In this document: one piece after another, positions 56,150 through 64,000 of the stretch
How positions within the stretch are numbered: position 1 is the stretch's first letter
Layout of the letters: each line of letters starts with the position of its first letter
NCBI GenBank assembly: GCA_051294375.1
Contig: CM119264.1
Coordinates: 16,031,245 to 16,095,244 of the forward strand
Source: Paraspadella gotoi
Lineage: Eukaryota; Animalia; Chaetognatha
DNA length: 64,000 bases
Reading direction: 5' to 3'
The notes under the pieces: generated by a model
The model's input: only the letters and a program-made list of their open reading frames with translations
Databases searched by the model: none
What the model was told of the DNA's origin: nothing
Program-made: the position numbers and the translations under genes

Positions 56150-59100
56150 TGACCATTCAGACCTGTTTTTTCGTCTCCGTTTTGTAGCTTCGACATTTTC
56201 CCCTGAATTGTAAAAAAGGTCAGGGATAACTAAAATTAGGTAGCAAAAAGTAGATTATTTGCTAATTGCTTCTAATTTCGACCTTCCGGGACTGTTCGAC
56301 GGATTAGTCACTTCGCATTTTGGCCTCAAAGTAAGGATTGAGGCCAAAGATTTTTTTGAATGGTGGCAGTAGAACTTCGGACAATTGATTGTGCTGAAAT
56401 AATTTATTTTATATATTTTTAAACAAATTATATTTTATAAAGGTTTTACTTAATAATATAAAAAAATCAGATTAATTAAAAAGATAAACCTGCAAGGAGT
56501 TCTGGCCAAACATTTTTGTCCGTCGAATATTTTGTTTCGCGTCGCAGGATTTGATTTGCAATCGCAGAAAAACTCGTCCCCTTTTTCGTCGCCGGGGATT
56601 CGGCTAAGAGTGATGCAAGTGCCTTCACCGCAATTTACGCCTGTCACATGAAAATGGCCATAAATGATCGCTGCCAATTCGAGTACGTATATGGTCGTTA
56701 ATGTTAATTTAAAATATTTTGGGACCTCGAGTCCGATCGGTCAGTTTTCCCTGGACATTTCAGTTGAAATTTTTAGACCAGTCTTTTCACCGTTCTAATC
56801 GCTTTCTCTTGGCTTTCTTTCGGCCGAAAACCTCGTCACTTGTTAATCGATCAGAATCATTTTTAAAGAAAAGATCCGTCGTCTGAAACCCTAGTTTTTA
56901 CGAATTTCAAGGATTTATTACAAACATTTCATTGATTTGCCATGGATTTATATCTACAAAAATACAAATACTTCACGATTTATTCGATATTTTTCGATAT
57001 TTTCTTCACGCTTCGAGATTTAGTAAGATACTACGAAATCCTTGCTCCTTGTCAAAACCTATGCATCCGACGGCCGACACCTCGAACGCGCGACCTCGCA
57101 GGCATAGAAAATACAAAATATTTTCTACATATTGTAAACGTTTACCAAAGAATTCCTAGCGTCGATATTAGAGAGAGAGAGAGAGGGAGAGAGAGATAGA
57201 GAGAGAGAGATAGAGAGAGAGAGATAGAGAGAGAGAGATAGAGAGAGAGAGATAGAGAGAGAGAGATAGAGAGAGAGTTAGTTAACTAAGGGATAGAAAG
57301 TGAAAAATGAAATGAAATTTGTGAAAAATATTCTGTCTCACCACTTTGTTGGAAGACTTTTATCCTACTCTCTCTCTCTCTCTCTCTCTTCTCCCTTCTT
57401 AAGCACAAATTTCAAACCTAACTGTCAAAAACGCTGATAAAGGCTTGTAAAGCAAGTCGAAACATGTCTGTTCAATTAAAATAAAATTCGTTGCAAACAA
57501 AAACTTTGTCAATTCTCTAACCATTTTTTTAAAATATTAATGATTTAAGACCGATTAAAAAAGCCCACCTTCACACTTGTTGGGGAGTTCACAACGCGGA
57601 CCCGTGAATTCCTTTTCGCAAGAGCAGTTATAGTTGAAGGACAACTCGATACGTTTAACGGTCTTGTAAACAACGCGATAAAGCGACTAATGTATCAAGA
57701 CAAATATATTCGAATTAGATCAAGATAATTTTTTTTAACAGAAAAACAGAAGAACGTTGGACCGACTGACTTTAGTGATTGCAATTCCATCGGTGCAGCT
57801 GGCTCCGTTCTCACAAGGATTGTCGGCGCAACGTCGCGAATCGGTTTTGCATAGATGATCTTGGAAATTAGGATCGGGAGTCTGTGTAAATATTGTTCAG
57901 GTTACCAATCAAGTTATGCCCATTGAGTGGAGTGATGATGAGACTGAGCGATTGAACAATGTTTTTTTTGCTGCCTTTGTATATGTTATGAAAAATAATT
58001 GAGCCTTTTTTTTAAAAAAAGATTAGCATAAGTATCATAAATTTAATTTTCTTTATAGTAATATCCTTATAAAATCATAAAATTTCAAATTAATATTTTT
58101 AATTTTATGACAGTTTCGGATTCGCCCGAAAAAGCTATGAAACTTTTGTAAAATATGTTTTATGATATTTTTATGTTAACCCTGCTAAAAATGAGTAAAA
58201 CGTTTTATATAATAGTATTTTACTACAAGGCGGGATGATATCGAAATTTTTGATAACATGTTTTATATTTTTGGTCTAACTTTTCATGAAGAATCAGAAT
58301 CTGTAATAAAAATTTCCCAAAATTTTTTTATAAAATTAACTATTTTATAATATTTCTATAAATATATTGTATTTTATAATACTGTTCCCCAAACAATATT
58401 AGTAAAATATTTTTTGTACTCGATAATCATACTATCTCACATTTAAATATGAAAAATTGCAAGATTACTTGTTTTACTAAATTAGACTTGAAAATTTCAT
58501 ATTAAAATTTTAAAATAAATGTAAGAATTTAATAAATTTCACTATGTATTAGATTTAATTATATTCTTTATATAGAGTATAAGCACCTGTCCTTGCGTGT
58601 TGCAGATACAGACGAACCCGCCCAACAAGTCGACGCATTCGCCGAAGAAACAAGGAGAGGATCTACAATCATCGATATCGATCTCGCACCGATGACCTCG
58701 ACTGCCTGAAGACACCGGCGCCAATTAAAAAAAAGAAATAATTTTTTTTTTAAAGAATCTACCCGAAGGGCATGAGCATTTGAATCCGAAAAAAGTTTCT
58801 TTGCAAACTCCATTATTCAAGCAAGGAGACGATTTGCAAAATTTCAAGTTGCTCGCGGTTTCCTAAATGTCGGAAAAAAATCTGTTTCAGAATCTGTACC
58901 GAAATCTGCTTTAAAATTTGTGCAAGAATCACTGAGACCAAGCGATCACGTTTAAAACGACCTGGCAGTATTTTCCGAAATACCCCGGTTCGCATTCGCA
59001 AGTCCACCTCTGCTTGGTCCATTGAACGCAGGTGGCCCCGTTTCGACAAACGATCTCGTCACATAACTTGAAGTCGCTGCCGAAACATTTCGGATATACT

Positions 59101-62100
59101 CGATGAATTTTTCGAGATAACAATTACTTTTAAAAGTGAAAAAAAACCTAGTCCTTGTTTCTTTTTGTTTCGGTTTGTGCGGAGGATCGAAGACCAGACT
59201 CAATATGGTTACGACGCCGAGCGTCACGATCCAAACGTAGAAGACGAACAAGAGCCACTGTGAATTTAAAAAAAAAAAAAGGTTGCAAGTAAATTTAAAT
59301 GCGAAATACGCAGAGCGATTTTACTTGATAAATCCAGTCGTCCCGAGGGTCGTCGTCCATTGTTATTTCCTTTAATTCCTCCATAAGAGATTCGCTCAAT
59401 AAACTTTCGGCTCTTTCTGCCTGAGAAGTTTAATTTAACTCGCGGATTAATGTAAAAATTCCCATTTCGAATACTATGCCCACTAGTTCCACAGACAAAT
59501 AAATATTAAATACTTAATGCTTGTTGACCTGGTCTCGATCGAGCTCTCGCTTTCGTGACGAATCGCTTCGTTTTTCGCCGTAAGTGTCGTATCCAACCGA
59601 TCGTCGTTCTTCGTAGGATTTATTATAGTCCACCCTTGCGAATGATTATTTACGTAATTTCCTGTCACTTTATAACTGGAAATTTTCAAATTTTTTTCGA
59701 CAGAATCGATCTCCATTTTTCTTATACATACATTACTTCAACAATATCTCGTTCCTTAGCATTTTGCTCATCACCTCTTACTCCCACTGTTTAAGGTCGC
59801 TTCCCTCAGGCTCTTGCGGGCTGAACTGGTCGTGCCACCAGGGACGGACCCGCCGGAACTTTGCTCCCAACTTTGTCGACGACGAACGGATTCGTGGACG
59901 ACGCTCCTCGACGACACTTCATTGTCGGGATCTTCAACTTCTTCCCTCTGGACGTCATCCTTGTCGTCCTCGATGTAGTAGTCGTCGTCCTCATTGTATT
60001 CGTCCCCCTCGACGTCGTCGACATCGCGAGAATTTTGATTTACTCCAAATCCTGAAAAAATCGTTCACGCGAATGTTTTTTTTTTTAAATTAAATGTTTT
60101 AACAGTACGCCAGTGAAACAGAAGAATCCAGTTTAAACAAGATCGGTCCATCCGATGTGTTGCGCCGCAGTAACTTTCTTTTTATATGTATTTCCTAGGG
60201 ATTACATAACTACATCACTAGGAAATTTATGTATAACGAACGTCTTTATATTGTATTTATGACACGCGCTGCATCGGAATTCCGTCTTTTATTCTTTATA
60301 GTTTTACAATTTCCTGAAGACAGCGCTAGCAGTCACTTAGATTTCAGGTTCTTTCCTGTGAGCAACCAATTATAGGCGAGTTATGAACATTACTAATTGA
60401 GTGGGACAGACTGATGGACAAATACCGACCGACCGACAGACCGACCGAAAAGTGACTTATAGAGTTGCTCTCAACTAAAAACTTTTGAAAATACCACTGC
60501 TCTCGATCGGGTATCATCGTATGTTATGTTTAAATTTAAAATTTTAGGCGAAGATAGGATTTGTTACTTTGATTGGTCGCACTTATCATTTAGATAAGTG
60601 TCCAATTCTGGTGGTCCTATCATCACAGATAGATTAAAGCTGTTTCCATCGCAGTGGCTCAGTGGACTAATGCACCATCCCAATGTGCGTCTCTGGTTCG
60701 AGCCCTGAGGTTGTCATGTAGAAAGTGGGATGGACCGGGTAACCCGCCTGTAGCCCTAGGCCTGCTGCCAGATCCAAAGCTCTGGACTACATGAACATGC
60801 TGTCTCGCTGTCGCCCTGTAAAACAAGCCTTTTCACAAATGGCTTTGAGTTAGTATCAGGCTGAAGTAGTAAACTTTGCGGGACTGTAAGGATTTCTTGA
60901 GGATGAGTGTTTTTACTTTTTTTTACTTTTTACTCGCTCTATCACCCTGATTCACCCTTGTTACCATTCGTTCTAAAACGCACTTATCGGAGCCCCTGCT
61001 CTCCACATTGCTCTTCCACGGTATCCCCTTCGCCGAATGTCTACGACTCTGCCTTCCATCGAAGCCTTGAGGCGAGGTCGCATTCTCTCAACGTCCTCGA
61101 CAACAGAGCTGCGATGTCTAGAGGAGATCGTCGATCGCGCTTCGGTATCGATGAGTCCGGACGTTCGACTACGAACTCGACGACCTTTGTCAATCTGAAG
61201 CGGTTGATGTCGGTTGACCACAAATCTCCGCAAGTTTTCGTCGATGCTATGGGAAACGCTCCGTCGGGAGTGGCGAGAGGCCTTGGCATCGGACATCGTC
61301 CATATGTAGAGCAAGTAGGAGCGAGTAAAGCCTGGTTTTTCAATTCGCAGTTTTTTAAATAGACAGTAAGGAATTAATATTCATTACGTGGCTATAGGTT
61401 AAGCGAAAATTAACGCCGTTAAAAGTTTTTTTTAATCGGAGAGAATTCGACTATATTTCAAATTATGCACAGAAGCTTAAGTCAGTAACGTGTGGCAAAT
61501 AAACGGTCCAGCTTAAATCACCAACATCCTCCCGGTGATGATTCAGCCGCCGGAAGACGACGAAGATCAATGACTCTCAGTCTTCCTCCTCCTGGACGAA
61601 GTCAGCGGGGGGATGTGTGGAAGCAGAAACACGCGACCTCATCAGATCATCTGTCTCTCAATCACTGACCGATCACCCGTCACCACCACCACCGGGCTAG
61701 AACCCCGGACCTTTGGGTTGCCTCCTGCACCAATCAATGGCCGCTGATGAACGGTTGGGCGATTTTGGTCCACCATAAATCCCCCCCACCCCTAGAGAGA
61801 AGTCTATTGCGTCTCTTCAGTGAATCTATATCTATCATCGCATCAATAATTGGTTATCATCGCATCAATAATTGGTTATCATCAATATTCAATTATTCCA
61901 TCCGCCTCATGTCGATGGAGTTGCTTGACTTTGTCCCCTGATCTTTTTTTTTTCTTTTTTGTTCGCGTTTATTGTTTTTTTGCAACTATAGATTATTTGT
62001 TTGTTTGTTTATTTGTTTGCTCTGTTTTCTTTCAGAAAAAAAAATTACTATTACATCAATCAATTTCTATAGAAAATATAAAAAAAATATTTCACGAACA

Positions 62101-62590
62101 TTAATGCATTGTTAAAAGTATAATTTTTTAAAATTGTTTATCTTTCTCAAAGTAGAAGAGTTTTTCTTCGATATAACAACTTTTTTTTTTTATTGAACAA
62201 GTTTTGACTCTGTTTTGCGCTGATGAAGCGGCTAAGAGAGAGAGAGAGAGAGAGAGGGAGAGCGACGGAGATATCGAGAGAGAGAGGGAGAGCGACGGAT
62301 ATCGAGAGAGAGAGAGGGAGAGCGACGGATACAGAGAGAGAGAGAGAGAGAGAGAGAGCGACGGAGATAGAACGAATAAAAAGGAAGAAAGACGGAAATA
62401 TGCAAATGAGCTCCGACGAATCCGATAGAACTAAATCACGTGACTCGGGAGGCCAGGGACAGCTGTAAGGGAGAAAGCGTCAGGCGCGTCGTCAGGCGCG
62501 TCAGGCGCGTCGTTGGGCGCGTCAGCTGTCTGGAAACCGAGGTCGCGTGATTAGGGAGGAACGGAGGAAAGTATAAAAGGAAAGGAAGGA
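56150..62590 (-). CDS. Multi-EGF-repeat (Notch/Crumbs/fibropellin-type EGF) protein gene, right-arm copy
   Basis: [14 protein letters not shown]...[14 protein letters not shown] (~58963-59065); [27 protein letters not shown] (~58763-58850); Ca-binding-type [30 protein letters not shown] (58587-58720); [12 protein letters not shown]; [12 protein letters not shown]; GVNCGEGTC...FFCDC. An acidic exon lies upstream at ~59790-60050. Confidence 0.8.
60645..60935 (+). mobile_element. tRNA-derived SINE (~290 bp)
   Basis: A-box TGGCTCAGTGG (60655-60665), B-box GGTTCGAGCCC (60695-60705), a unique body, and a 3' tail of TTTTTAC repeats (~60910-60933). Confidence 0.7.
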
Positions 62591-63765
62591 AAGGAAAGAG
62601 GGTCATTCCCAACTTTTCAATCCACGGAGAGAGAGCTGCGCTCTGCTCTGCATTTAATGGAAAATTGTTGTAACACTTTGTACTATTTATCTTCATATAA
62701 ATATACACTACCTGACTATAGTTTACTTCAATTCTTCTATCACGTTAGTACCAGCTAGTGGGGTGTTTGTAGCAGCCCAAGGCCTACCACGCTACACTGA
62801 TAAAGACTCGAAAAAACATTGTCGAAACTTGTTCAATAAAAAAAACGTTGTTATATCGAATAAAAACTCTTCTACTTTGAAAATCATTCACAAAAAAACG
62901 AACAGAAAGGCAATTAACCAAAAAATTTTATCAAAATTTTTTCAAAACAATTGGTAAAAAACTAACTTAATTTATAATGCGAGGTATGTAACATAGTCAA
63001 TTTTTTCCGCTCTACAAGATAGTTTGGGTTTGGTTCCTCTAGCAATAAAGCTTTAAAAGATATTTAGCAAAAAGTCCATTTTTTACCTTTTTTTTTCATT
63101 TTTTTTAAAGTTGGCAGCATTTACTGTAAATTTTTTTTTGGAAAAAAAAATGTTCAAAAAATTCATATGATGTATTGGGCACCTATTGCACAATACTCGT
63201 TTTTTTATTTCAAAACTTTTCATATATGGAAAGGTCTACTATAGTATAGATAGGGTCACAGAAAACTACTTTATCAGAAAAATCAGGTTATGCTTGAAAA
63301 AACAGTAGATAAAGCGACATAAAAACAGTATTTTTGAGACTAAAAAGTTTTTAAAAGGTAAATAATGAGGAGGAGATAAAGAGATATCACTATGATATGT
63401 TATAATTATGTGTCAACATGATTCAAGTTATAAGTTTAAATTACTCTCTTAACTAGTCTGCATGACTCTCTCACTATCCTCGGAGCCTTTATAGTCGTAT
63501 AGACGTTTCCCTTTTGTTCATTCTGGCACAAGTTTTTGGCACAGCTGAAACTCGAACCTGTTGACATCGATAGTGGATTCAGTTTCGTAACTCAGTTTTC
63601 GATTCCCCGATCGAATGATCCTAAAGTTTTCAGAATGATCAAAACGATCGAACAGTACAAAAACTGTTCCAATCGCGGAATGTCACTCTACCGCAGATGA
63701 TCTTTAGAACTTATTTTGTCGCTAAATGTGATTTCAACACGAAAGAATATTGAAGTCAAGAAACT

Positions 63766-63934
63766 ATGGAGACGACGTCGGGCTCCCCGGTCTTGGAGGA
63801 ATACATCGACGAGCAGTTCATCCAGGAGGGCATACTCCTGAAGGACGATCCCGATGACACCTGGTTCGATGCCAGGTCGATCGTCCAGGATGACTGCTTG
63901 GACAAGGCCCCTTACAGATGGGTTTGTGCCATCG
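63766..63934 (+). CDS. First exon of the serine-protease gene, right-arm copy
   Basis: ATG...DDCLDKAPYRWVCAI followed by donor G|GTAAGC; mirror of ~46343-46513. Confidence 0.6.
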
Positions 63935-64000
63935 GTAAGCGATTTTAATAATTCGTTCCTCTCCTGGTCTTTTTAACGATGGTGCGTGCTCAGATCTCTG

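Larger units (their letters stand above)
46278..64000. repeat. Large inverted duplication: left arm ~46278-54707, right arm ~55825-64000 (runs off window)
   Basis: The reverse complement of the window end (cagagatctgagcacgcaccatcgttaaaaag) matches 46278 onward. The arms are collinear throughout, e.g. EGF exons 51690/58720 and SINE 49700/60660. The ~1.1-kb spacer contains the N-gap 55537-55561. Confidence 0.95.

Noticed and set aside
56450-59123. Naming the EGF gene Notch, Delta or Crumbs
   Set aside because: Only generic EGF repeats are visible; no diagnostic DSL, LNR, ankyrin or LamG domains.
60650-60720. Functional tRNA gene
   Set aside because: No convincing acceptor or anticodon stems, and it continues into a SINE-like body and tail.

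Overview
AT-rich eukaryotic (probably invertebrate animal) scaffold with six N-gaps and many homopolymer indels suggestive of uncorrected long-read sequence. Main contents: (1) a decayed Ty3/gypsy pol with the integrase core deleted (1-2.1 kb). (2) A reconstructable ~27-kb minus-strand spliced gene for an unusual type-I membrane protein: N-terminal globular exons, a long Thr-rich mucin stalk, two duplicated Ig-like exons, a TM helix and a ~900-aa cytoplasmic tail I cannot assign. (3) In its introns: a Tc1-like element with perfect TIRs, several Helentron/DINE-1-like elements, and a Transib-type element with CACAGTG ends, a 5-bp TSD and RSS-like nonamers, in the intron just before the Ig exons. 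(4) A spliced V8/S1B-like trypsin-fold serine protease gene (41-46.5 kb, minus). (5) A multi-EGF gene and a tRNA-derived SINE inside a >8-kb inverted duplication (46.3-54.7 kb vs 55.8-64 kb) centred on a gap, possibly an assembly artefact. All protein calls come from manual motif reading; no database searches were run.
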